A stretch of 64,000 bases of DNA from Antedon mediterranea (Eukaryota; Animalia; Echinodermata): NCBI RefSeq assembly GCF_964355755.1, contig NC_092676.1, forward strand, positions 10,021,888 through 10,085,887. The letters are read 5' to 3'. The translations under genes and the position numbers were made by a program. Below, piece by piece: positions 39,101-50,182 of the stretch. Below the pieces are notes generated by a model. It was not told the origin of the DNA. It did no database searches and was given only the letters and a program-made list of their open reading frames with translations. Each line of letters opens with the position of its first letter. Position 1 is the stretch's first letter.

Positions 39101-39475
39101 CAATTTGCTCCTATTTTTAATTCTCTCCGACCTGCCGTTACTTAGATATAGCAAAAAGAGGTCAAAGGTCAAAATTGCTAACAATGGGATTTCCGGTCAA
39201 TTTTTCAAAGAAAGTTCTGTTAGAGCTAATATAAATATATACATTGTGAACAATTTGACACTAAAATTATCTCACTACGTCCAGAATTTCCAGAGATATA
39301 GCATGTTTTTATATTGGTCAATTTTGAACTTTGACCCCTTATATCTCGAAAACGCTTCCTATCCTGATCGATTACCTTCCATATTCGTAATCTACGGAAA
39401 ATTCTGGTCTAGAAAAGTTGGATGGCAATTTGTCCCCTTTCGGGTGGTGATATCCCCCCTCCTGCCACCGGACTA
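36105..39475. mobile_element. Non-autonomous TIR element with internal direct and tandem repeats
   Basis: ~165-bp near-perfect TIRs (TA(C/G)TCCGGTGGCAGGAGGGGG...). Diverged ~0.5-kb internal duplication (36230-36700 vs 36750-37180) and repeated ATGGATTTGCCCAAATTAACCC units at 37480-38600. TSD ambiguous (TTGTCA vs TTGACA). Confidence 0.8.
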
Positions 39476-40117
39476 TTGACAATCATTCAATTATAAAAGT
39501 GAACCATATCTAATTCTTAGGGGTCATAATTGACTCTCAATTAAATTAGGGTGCTCATATTGCCAATATTTATAAACGGTATCAAGAAATGTTAGAATGT
39601 TATCTAAACTCAAATTTCCGTTTAATATATTATGTTTACTCTACAACACTCTTATTTTACAATATTTAAATAAAATATTGGTTGAGCTACAACTATTGAC
39701 AAATTTACACACTTATGTTCATGCACGAGCTCTGAAACATCTAAAATTCGTTGTGTATTAATTTAATTTTCAAAAGAAAGCCCATACAATTTATACTTCT
39801 CTTAATATATTAAATATTTTTATATCAACAAACTTCAAACAGTCATGTTAATTTTTCGTTTCAGTAATAAACAGCTTCCTTCAAAATTTTATACTTTTCA
39901 TATTTTTGTCAATTTCACTCTTAAAACATAAAATTCGACTGCCAAATTGATTATATCATTTACGAAAAAATATTCTATTTCACTTCGCAGGAAATCTTTT
40001 ATTTATTATGAACCTTGTTTATTGGACATTATGCCTTTTAATCTCAAACAATATATATTAAGCTCTACCCATGGTATTGAGCACTTTCTACAGTTGATCT
40101 TGCTTTCTACTTAGTTT

Positions 40118-40150
<33 letters not shown>

Positions 40151-40460
40151 AATCCAAAGGCAAATTACTGAACAAATGACAATGCTATGGGTATCAGTGG
40201 CTGGATCCCAATGGAGATACAAAAAAAAGCGAAAAGCTAAATCCAAACGATAAAGTAAAACAGCCAGAAAAGTTAGCAGAGCTTTCGGGCAACACTAGCC
40301 CTTCATCAGTGCAAGTGAAGGAATTTGGATAATGTCAAGAACTGGCAAGTGCTGCCTGGGTGGACAGGAAAAAAAGAAATACAACAAAAGGTGATAGGGT
40401 GGAGTCTGAATAAGAGTAGAAAATAAAGAAGGTAGCTTGGTAGAGATATAAACAATTTTG
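40151..40460 (-). mobile_element. Penelope-like terminal (pLTR) fragment abutting a (TA)n microsatellite
   Basis: Contains the hammerhead at 40275-40316. 40151-40262 is the reverse complement of 59972-60089, which also abuts (TA)n. Right boundary approximate. Confidence 0.65.
40275..40316 (-). ncRNA. Minimal type-I hammerhead ribozyme motif (Penelope-associated type)
   Basis: Minus strand ..GCA-CTGATGA-A-GGGC-TAGTGTT-GCCC-GAAA-GC-TC-TGC: both core boxes, a 4-bp stem II, palindromic AGCT stem III, and a short stem I (GCA/TGC). Confidence 0.75.
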
Positions 40461-41497
40461 GAATGAAACTAAAAAACAGTTTAAATTGTGGTTAGTTAAT
40501 ATTGGAACTTAAATGTTGGTGGTCAATGGAATAATTTTACCGATCTAGGAGTATCTATATATAAATTATGGTTAATTCTGACATAGGCGAGCACAATGCA
40601 AAAACTTCGGTACAAATCTCCGCCTTGGATACCTACCTTATCTATCTGAGATGTACCGCGAAACGTAGATTTGATAACATTAGTGTTCACAGCGACGCTA
40701 TTGTTCCATCATATTTCTATCTTAGGAAGATATTATAAAGAGTTTTTTAACACAATTTATGATTTCAACATTAGATTTTCATCTCAATTTCAATTCTTCC
40801 CGGTCAAAGTATTTTCCGGGTTTAAGATAAGTTCACCTTGCAACAACCTGGTTTCAAATATTTTCTCTCTTTTATACACAAGGGAGCAGTTAAAATAATA
40901 GATTTGACCCTAAAGGTGACTGGAAACAGGCACTTTCCATCAATCAATAGTGTCCCTTTGGAAGACGAATAAAAAACCAGATATATTTGGCCATTAATCA
41001 TAGCCATAATTCAGTTTTTTGTTTATTTTAAAACATACCGCGCATGTGTGAAGGTACAGTAGTTAAATAATAGGAATTATACTGCAAATTAATAAAGATC
41101 AAATTAAATATACGCCATAAAGAATCAGAATATATTGTGGGGAATAGTATTTTAAAATTACATAGGGAGATTTGATGATAAGACATTTTTCGAGTGAAAT
41201 CCCGATAGCTGAGTTTTATTGAGTAAGCTTGAAGGAATAACTGTAGGCTATCTTCCTGTGTCCCGTTAGGACCGAGATGTCTGCCCATGTTGCAAGGCGT
41301 AATGTCTTCTTTCTTGGGCCCACTCTGTCACGGCAGTTAGTTTCAAAAGATGATTAAATTAAATAATGTATTAATAATTATTAGGATGGTATTCATTTGA
41401 ATAAACGCCTCTCCAATAAAACATCACTTTGAATAATAACCCCCCCCCCCCCCCCCCCCACCCCAACCCAACTATCTAATAAACATCCATCCACATA

Positions 41498-43645
41498 CAG
41501 TGGGAAAGCCACTTCGCGTTTTGACCGTTAAATCGTGTAAAATCGACTTACTTCCGCATTGACGATTTTGAAGCGCCACCTATCGTTGAAAACTGAAACC
41601 ACGATTTTTCGTCGCCTAGCAAATAAGTGCTGTTTTATTTTAAGCTCTCATGAATATTTAAGAACCGCCCAACATTACCTATTATGGTAAAAGCATTTCC
41701 TAATAAGTATAATTGAATAACCGATCGGTTTCTTTCAAAGAAACCGAAGCTAATACAATACATTCGGCGACTGAAGTCGGGACTCGTGAAATTTATAAAT
41801 GTGGTACGATTTGACTACTGTTTTGTTGTCCATTTTCTGAATAGTCGGAGGTGCATCCCAACAAATTAAAACAATTATAATCAATTGTTTTATCAAGAAT
41901 AATATTAGTTTAATCGAGTATGATATATTTCTATCCTGTTCAAAATTTGTTGGTGTATTCTCAGGCCTCGAAAGGTAGGTACATTTTCTAGCTGTGAGCG
42001 TGGTTTCGGCAACGCGAGACACGTGTGTCAGTATAGGCGATAGCGAGACGTGTGTTGATGCTGATCCGATAGTCGTTAAGTTGTACTGATTACGAGTATC
42101 ATTGGTCCTGGCCGGCCTAGCCTGGTGATCTGATCCCCCAAAAAAAATACTTTTTTTCAATCAGTATTAATATATTATTTGATTTATTAGGCTCAATAGA
42201 TGCCTAGCTAGGCTACTAGTAGGCCTAGGCCTAGATTATAAATAATAATAGTAAATACTGTAATTTAATTAATAAAATACAGCTTCCATTTGCCTTACTT
42301 TTATGTCATCATATAATATTATAATTATATATACAACCAGACATTAACATTTTTTAAAATAATATTTATTATTTTTTCTGACACTTTCAGGAATAGTTGA
42401 TGATGCAGAGTTCTTTTTCTTTGTGACTTCAAACTGAGAGTGAAGTGGATAAAAAGATGACACCGGTACCTACCGACATTGTCATACCCAAACTATAATT
42501 TAATTATTTAAAACAAAATGTTGAATTACAAAAATGTATGTTGCAGAGGATTTAGATGAATATTACAATACAAATATTTATGTTGAATGCAAACCTACTA
42601 CACTATACTCTGTAAATTATGTTATTGTCATGTGGTAGACCTTAAAAATTGAATATTTATTGTATGTTAGGCCTATTTTATATTTTATTATTATTAATAC
42701 TGTATTAGTTTAATATTTATACTACAATGTATTAATTTATATTATACAGTACTAGTTTGTACATGTTTTTACCCAAAAAAAATGAATAAATAATTTGTTA
42801 TTCAATCTAATTGCTTGTTTGTTCATCAATAACAAAACAATTGTAAGCAAGTATATAACAGTTCTTGTTAGCCGCTTATTTCAGGTCATATTATTAATAT
42901 TAGCTAGGCCCGACGCGCCCGATCACAACGTCACTAAGTGACTTTCCGCCCCTGGAACAATCACTCGCTAATAGGGCTAGGCCTCGGACTCGTATAAAAG
43001 CTATTATAATAGTTATGATAAATATTCCTCAACTAAAATGTATACTGTGATAAATAAACAAGTAATAATATACGTTGTATTGGAATGTATTTATTTATAT
43101 GAATTCTTATACGCGGACAATTATAAACATCGCGTATATCGTTCGCTATAAATAAATTCATAAACACGATGACGATGAGTTTACAAAATGGCGGTTTCGC
43201 TAGTTTTCGATGGAACAAATAGTGGTACCTTTAGTTTGAATAGTCGGGGCTGCATCCCAACCACCGAATTTTGTATCTTAATATCGTATTCTGTAGATTA
43301 TTAATTTTTCTAACAGGGATTTTAAATTCAGGACTGTTCAATTTTTCTAAACATTTTATTTTAATGATTTTCTAGGGTACAATTTCGGAAAAAAGACATT
43401 GGTTGATTTTGCCGTTAAATTACAGATTATCGTTTTGTTCAAATACATTTAATTTTACATGACAATATATTAAAACCATTTATGAATTTATTTCACTAAC
43501 AATATTTTTCCGATAATCAGCTAAATTTACAAATATTGTGTTTTTCCAACACCCTAAAATTTAGCAATTTTCAACTAAATTAGAAAAGTAGGGCGCCCTC
43601 TCCGAGTCGAAATTTGACACGATTTGTCGACTGGCTGTCCCACTG
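41498..43645. mobile_element. CAGTGGG-ended, 4-bp-TSD non-autonomous element, copy 2 (diverged relative of 18644-21591, opposite orientation)
   Basis: CAGTGGGAAAGCCA / TGGCTGTCCCACTG termini; CATA on both sides (41494-41497, 43646-43649). Shares CGACAAATCG..GAGAGGGCGCCCTA at one end and CACTTCGCG at the other with copy 1. Confidence 0.85.
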
Positions 43646-44197
43646 CATATTTATAACAACACAATTATACTATTTGTAGTAGAATTCACCGCACTGTTAA
43701 TTACAATTTACCAAGCATTTGTTATTCTTTTTTAGCACTTTTCATATCTATTAGAGGATTTCATTTGATTATAAATGTTACCATATTATCAAAACTACAA
43801 AATTTAACATATATCCCTCGAATAAGCACCTCCCTCAAATGACCTCCGCCTCCCCAAAGGGCCCTACCAAACAATAAAAACTGTACTTTAAAATGTTATT
43901 AATCATCTAAAACACTGTGAAACAAAGTAGTTTAGTTTTACGAATGTCAAGCATTTTCAATAATGGTAACCGACAGAAAACGTATAAGGAGAACATTATC
44001 ATTCCGAGAACCATCGTCTACACTTCCTAGAGGGGGAGCGAGCGAAGCGAGCTCACCCTCTAGTGTTCCTAATGTTAAGTACAAAAGGTTTTGTGGTTTT
44101 AAGTTGTAATTCCCAGTGGTTTTCTTTGTCTTTGCGAGTTTTGTCGCTCCATTTGACATCGTGGTCTATTGCAATAACTCTGAAATTTGCCACATAT

Positions 44198-44271
44198 GGC
44201 TCTGTGGTCTAGTAGTATGATACACTCGCCCTGTAAGCGAGAGGTTGCAGGTTCGAATCCCGCCAGAGACA
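44198..44271 (+). pseudogene. tRNA-like sequence (TGT at the anticodon position), probably repeat-borne or a pseudogene
   Basis: A box TGGTCTAGTAG, B box GGTTCGAATCC, anticodon stem CTCGC/GCGAG. It has mismatches in the acceptor and T stems, C instead of U33, and a poor D stem. Confidence 0.55.
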
Positions 44272-44506
44272 CCTTTTCATACAACTAAAACTATTGATAT
44301 GTTGTTTCGTTCTCATACGGAGAGTGTTTTATTGGGGCGACTTTTTCTCATTCTCACAGATTTCCTCATCTTCATCGTTTCAAATTAATTAATTAAATGT
44401 CAGTATATCACCGGGCGGTTTAGAATTAATGTTCTTTGCCCTGATGTGTTTATATATATATAAGTATCTCTTCGGAGATCCCGCTTTGTGAATAAAAATA
44501 CTGAAT

Positions 44507-46450
44507 AGTAGTACAGGAAAACTATGAAATATGGTTGAAAAAATTGCAACAGAATTTATTTCACCACAATGCATTTCTATAAGGTCCCTATATGAACATA
44601 CTAAAAGTCTAGAAAAATCCAGGTAGGGGAAATAGGTTTTTTAAAACAAAATGGCCGCCAATGGCGAAAATGCCTAAAAAAGGACAAAAAAAACATAAAT
44701 GATAGATCTAATTACCACTTTATAACAGTTTTTACAATGGTTTATATATTTCTTTACAGTTTCGAAGATCTGAACTACAATATACACATTATTTTAGGTG
44801 CTGTTAATTAGAAAATGACCGAAAAACAAATGTTTAAGTATCTAGATATATCTCTATTGTTATAATATATAAAACGCAGTCCTTCCTATGCTTAATGCAT
44901 AGGATTAAGGTGTCTAATAATAAATCAGTTCATTTACATTTGTACTGTTATAACAATATATTACGACATTGGTCGTGCCAGTGGGGAGGGGTATAGAGAT
45001 GGGAGATAATATGGGAAGGGTGAGGGAGTCTGTCCAGCCCCCTTTAGATACTTTCTATCCCTAGTCTGTGGGTGGAAGAGAATTTCCTATCCACTGCTAT
45101 ACCTGGTAATAAAGACTCACGAAATGAAATTTTGCAGCAAGGGAATAGATTTGCTTTTTGCAACTTTCTCAAAGAAAAGTAGGCTGTCTAAAGTCTCCAT
45201 TGACTTCCCTCCATACGGTAGCTACCATCCAATGCCAAATTCCTGATGCAATGTTTTCTTTCTTTTTTTTAACTGTTTGGTTTACAGAATTTGACATACA
45301 GCTCTAACTGTGATGTGATGATTTTTAAGACCAACACCTTTTCCTAAACCAAATTTACTTACGGCCCATAATTACAGCCATTAAACACAAGAGTTTACTT
45401 TGCCTTCACTGCATAACGTAACAAACATACATGTTACATAATAAATGTCTTGAAATGTTGCTGTTTCGGGCCAAGAGGTTTGATGTAGCAGTGCTCCCCC
45501 GTTGATAACATACAGTGGGCAGTGAGATGAAGGTTTCTGAGTAGTCTAGCAGTGTGTATGGAGTCAATGGAGTAAAAGAGGGCTGCAGGAAAAGTACAAG
45601 GTTCTTTTTCAACAAATGATGCATTGTGTATGACTGTCTCACATAGCCATCAATGATGGAATAGTATATGTGAGGGAATGTGCACTGCTTCTCTATTGAT
45701 GAATATGGTTGATTTTGATCCATGTATAATAATATGTTCTTTCCTCTTAAATTTATATTATGTCACGGTTGCTTCATTCATTGATTTAATACCGTATGTT
45801 CTCGATGGGGGAGCATTGTAAATGCATGTAAAGTCTTTCCTTGGTGTGAAGCTCTGTAAAAATTAATTTGCTTTTTATACATGGAATTCAGGGATGTGAT
45901 ACTACATCCCATCTATTTGGTATAGGAAAAGGTGTTAGTCTTAAAAAGTCATAACACCTGGGCAGTAGTACCAAACCATCGCATCAGAGGAATTGGCATT
46001 GGTAGCTATATACTGTATGGAGGAATACGTTCTGGGAGAAAGTAGCAAAAAGCAAAACAGCACTTAAAATAAAGTCTATTCCCGCAACAACAAATGCTGC
46101 AAAATGTCATTCCCTGCGTGTATATTACCATGGTACAGCAGTGGATAGAAAATACTCTTCAACCCATAGACTGGGGGATGGAAAGTTACAAATGGCGTGA
46201 TGTGTCCATTGACGACAAATTTACCACCAGTACCACTGTTTGTGACGAATACCACGGCATCAGCACATGCTTAATTCCTACCTATAGACAGAGGATGATA
46301 ACTGGACAATGAAAATAAATGGATTAATAGATTGTAAGTTTGTATAATTCTATTGTTGTGACAGTAGCCTACAAATGTAAATGAGCTGTTTTATTAGACA
46401 CCGTAGTCCTGCATTATAATGCATAGGACTACGTTGTCTATTATTATAAG
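44507..46450. mobile_element. Academ-like relic made of two inverted copies of the 3' coding region
   Basis: Plus strand 45870-46250: GCDTTSHLFGIGKG, PATTNAAKCHSLRVYY..QQW..PIDWGWK..LPP (XPG/FEN-like H3TH region). Homologous decayed minus-strand copy at 44850-45390. 44507-44660 resembles the TIR at 23031. Confidence 0.7.
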
Positions 46451-46649
46451 TTAAAGTTGGCTGAAAGGTTAATGTTGTTGTTCCTTGTAGTGTGCAATTT
46501 TTACTTTTATTTACCAAACTGTGTTAATTCACCTAACACAATCTGCAATTATTCAATTAATAACACTTACTACAATGGTCTGTGCAATATTTTACTGAGA
46601 TAGTCGTCTTCAAACGCACCAAAATTAGGCTATATTCGATCTATAGATA

Positions 46650-47110
46650 CGATCTTGTTGATGCGGCTGTCAGGGACCTTGTCCCCACCATTAAAATTCG
46701 CAAAAAAAGTCATAAATGGTTTGATGCCGAGCGTGTGAAAGCCTTAAAATCTAAAGAACATTACCATCGTATATGGAAACAATTTCCATCCATCATTTCA
46801 CGTCAAAACTTCTGTGTTGCCAGAACTAATTTCAAAAAATTATCAAATTGTAAATATAAGGCTTACCTGAAATGCATCTCCTCTGACCTTGTTGCAAATC
46901 CTAAGCGATTTTGGACTTGGATCAAGTGTAAACGAAAAACTAAATCAAATGCAATAAGTATCTCTGATGGGGTTAGGGTTGCTGACAGCCCGCAAGCAAA
47001 AGCCACACTATTTAACAACTTTTTTGTTTCAGCTTTCTCGGACTCCAGGGATACTCCTATTGCCGAGCATTTAGATCTGCCTGAACTCAACGTTGATACA
47101 TTTTGGACAT
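46650..47110 (+). mobile_element. CR1/jockey-group LINE ORF2 linker fragment
   Basis: KWFDAE..., NPKRFWTWIK, KATLFNNFFVSAF. Confidence 0.7.
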
Positions 47111-47367
47111 CGGTGAGTTAGATTGATCAAAATCGTTTAAGTTAACCAAATACTTAATTGACGTCCATGATCATCATTATTGTTTCACTGCCTGTCGTTT
47201 AGTTGTTGTTGGTATGTCATGATAAAACAATTCATATTACATTGTATAAATTGTAATTTATTGCACATACTTGTTAACTTAGGCTATATAGTGTTAACTA
47301 TTCTCTGCTGCTGTAAGCAGCTTGCTCAGTTTTATTCATTAGTCATTTCCTTTTCTGTCTAATTTAA

Positions 47368-47995
47368 ATGTTTGAATGTGACCTTTTTGATAATGTAAAT
47401 GTGAGCACAGAATATTTTAACGAAGATAACTTAATTTCTTCACTTGAACATTCTAATTTATCATCAAACTTTTCTATATTTGGACTAAACTGTCGTAGTG
47501 TTGTTAATAAGTTTGACTTAATCTCAAACTATTTAGACTCACTCGTACATGCCTTCTCCGTCATTGCCTTCAGTGAAACCTGGTTAACCGAAAAAGATAA
47601 TATTAATCTATACCAGTTACCAGGCTACAGTTTGATTCACACTGATAAGAGAGGTGGTGGGGTAGCGTTCTATGTTACCAACAAACTAACATATATTATT
47701 AGAAATGATCTGTCATCTTGTATGACTGAAGCAGAGACTATCTTTATTGAGATTGAGTTAGAATCAGGAAATAATGTTATTTGTGGTATAGTTTATAGAC
47801 CACCCTCACGTTCCTTGCAAAAGTTTGATGATGAATTATTTTTTTATTTTTATTTCAACTTTATTTATAGAGGGTAACCCTTCCAGCTGAACCCGCAGGC
47901 CAGCTGATATTCAGGGGCCCTCTTAAAAATGACAAAGTATATAAAACTATACTTAACTAATACGAATCTACTATATACATTTAAATTTAAAACTA

Positions 47996-48046
<51 letters not shown>

Positions 48047-50180
48047 AACATGTGTAATGCAAATGATTAATCTAGAAAAAAAGAAAGCTTACCTTGTGGG
48101 AGACTATAACATAAACTTACTCCAACAATCTACCGACAACACTATCCAATCACACTTAGACACAATATTTTCTCAGTCATTTCAGCCAATCATAAAAAGT
48201 CCTACTAGAATATCCGATAATTGTGCTTCAATAATTGATAACATTTATTGCAACATCGATTCTTTTACTACGTCCCTTAAAAGTGGAATACTTATTACTG
48301 ATATTTCTGATCACTTCCCAATATTCTGTGTAGATACTTTGGAAAAACATAATAAGCAATATCCTCGATTTGTATATAAACGACAATACTCTCCTCAACA
48401 AACGGAGTATTTTTTGCAAGAATTACAAAGCAATCAGTGGAATGATGTGCTATCCTCAAATAATGCGAATGTTGCTTATCAAAATTTTAAAAAAAAATTT
48501 AAATAAAACAATTGATAATTGTTTCCCTTTAAAACGAATTAGAAATAAGGCGAACAAGTTAAAATCTCCTTGGATCACAGCTGAAATTGCCAGAGCTATC
48601 TCTCAAAAACATAAATTATATAAAAAGTACAAACAAAATAACACCACTACTAATAAAAGTACGTACATACATTTTAGAAACAAGTTAACCACTACTATTA
48701 GAAATCGGAAAAAAAGAATATTATATGGTCCAGTTTGAACAAAATAAACAAGATATTAAAAAAACGTGGACAATCCTAAATGATATAATGGGTAGGGAAA
48801 AGACTACCAATTTGCCTACAAAAATAAAATTGGGTACTGAGACTTTCTCTGATAATGATGAGAAAGCTGATGCATTCAACTCTTTTTTTATTAATATTGG
48901 AGAAAAACTAAATAATAAATTTAGGCATGATTGTCAAAATGATCAAATCACCCATAGAACTTTCTTAAAGAGAAATTTTACCTCTTCAATGTTTTTTAAG
49001 CCTGTTACTGAACATGAACTTAACCACTATATTAAAAACACAAAGAATACTTCTCCTGGCCATGATGGTATAAGTGCCCAACTCATAAAATCTGCTTCCC
49101 CGTTTATTTTAAAACCTTTATTGCATTAATACGTCATTATCATCGGGCTGTGTCTCGGCTGATATAAAAATTGCTAAAGTTATCCCGGTATTTAAGAATG
49201 GTGACATCTCCGATATAAATAATTATCGGCCTATTTCCATTTTACCCTTTTTTTCCAAAATATTTGAGAGGAATGTGTATGATCAAACGATTTGTTACCT
49301 CTCAAAATATAACGTACTGAGTAAAACACAGTATGGGTTTAGACAACACCATTCAACTAGTCATGCTTTAATACAATCGATTGAAAAAATCACAAACGCT
49401 ATTGAGAATAAAGAGTTCACACTAGGAGTTTTCCTTGATTTATCAAAAGCGTTTGATACAATCGATCATGGTATATTATTAGATAAGTTAAGATTTTATG
49501 GTATAAGAGGAGTTCCGCTAAACTGGTTTTCAAACTATCTTAAAAAAAGACTAAAATACACATTTATTGTTAATACTGCATCTAGTAAAATGACAGTAAA
49601 CACTGAAGTTCCTCAGGGATCCATATTGGGTCCATTATTATTTCTTATATTCATTAATGATATTAGTCTAGCATGTAACCATGTAGACATGATTATGTAT
49701 GCAGATGACACAAATGTGTTTTATAGTCACAATGATATTACTCAAGCTTTTGATACAATGAACCAGGAGTTATCTATACTTTCGGACTGGTTTATTGCTA
49801 ACAAATTAACGCTAAATGTAAACAAATCAAAATATGTTATATTTAAGGCTAGAAATAAGTCAGCTGACACTACCTCACTAGAATTGAGGATGGGAAATGA
49901 ATGTATAGTAAAAGCTACTGAAGTTAAATTTCTAGGCTTATTTCTGGATGAAACTTTATCGTTTAATTTTCATGTAAATGAGGTAGCAAACAGTATTTCT
50001 AGAATAATTGGTGTCTTAAACAAAGTGAAGTCTATGTTATCAAGTAACATCTTGTTAACGGTATACAATGCACTTATATTACCTAGAATAACGTATGCTA
50101 TCACAGTATGGGGTGCTACTTCTGCTACAAGTTTAAACCGTATACATATTCTCCAGAAAAAAGCACTTAGAAATATTCAA
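47368..50180 (+). mobile_element. Degenerate CR1/L2-group LINE ORF2 (EN + RT), 3'-truncated at the MITE starting at 50183
   Basis: NCRSV, FSETWL, GGGVAFY, VYRPP, GDYN, SDHFPI, NYRPISIL, QYGFR, FLDLSKAFD, VPQGSILGPLLF, YADDTN. Frameshifts, plus an insertion at 47839-48047. Confidence 0.9.
47839..48047 (-). mobile_element. Short LINE 3'-end retroinsertion with a 43-nt A run at its far end
   Basis: Interrupts DDEL|TCVMQ. AATTA at 47834-47838 and 48043-48047 is a possible TSD. Tail and GAGGG...CCCTC hairpin resemble 23400-23487. Confidence 0.7.
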
Positions 50181-50182
50181 TA

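Noticed and set aside
39018-39479. 153-aa ORF
   Set aside because: Runs through subterminal repeats and the TIR of a non-autonomous element; no recognisable motif.
41750-42160. 136-aa ORF inside the CAGTGGG element
   Set aside because: No transposase or recombinase motifs, and no counterpart seen in copy 1.
44198-44271. Functional tRNA-Thr(UGU)
   Set aside because: Stem mismatches, C at position 33 and a poor D arm; kept only as tRNA-like.
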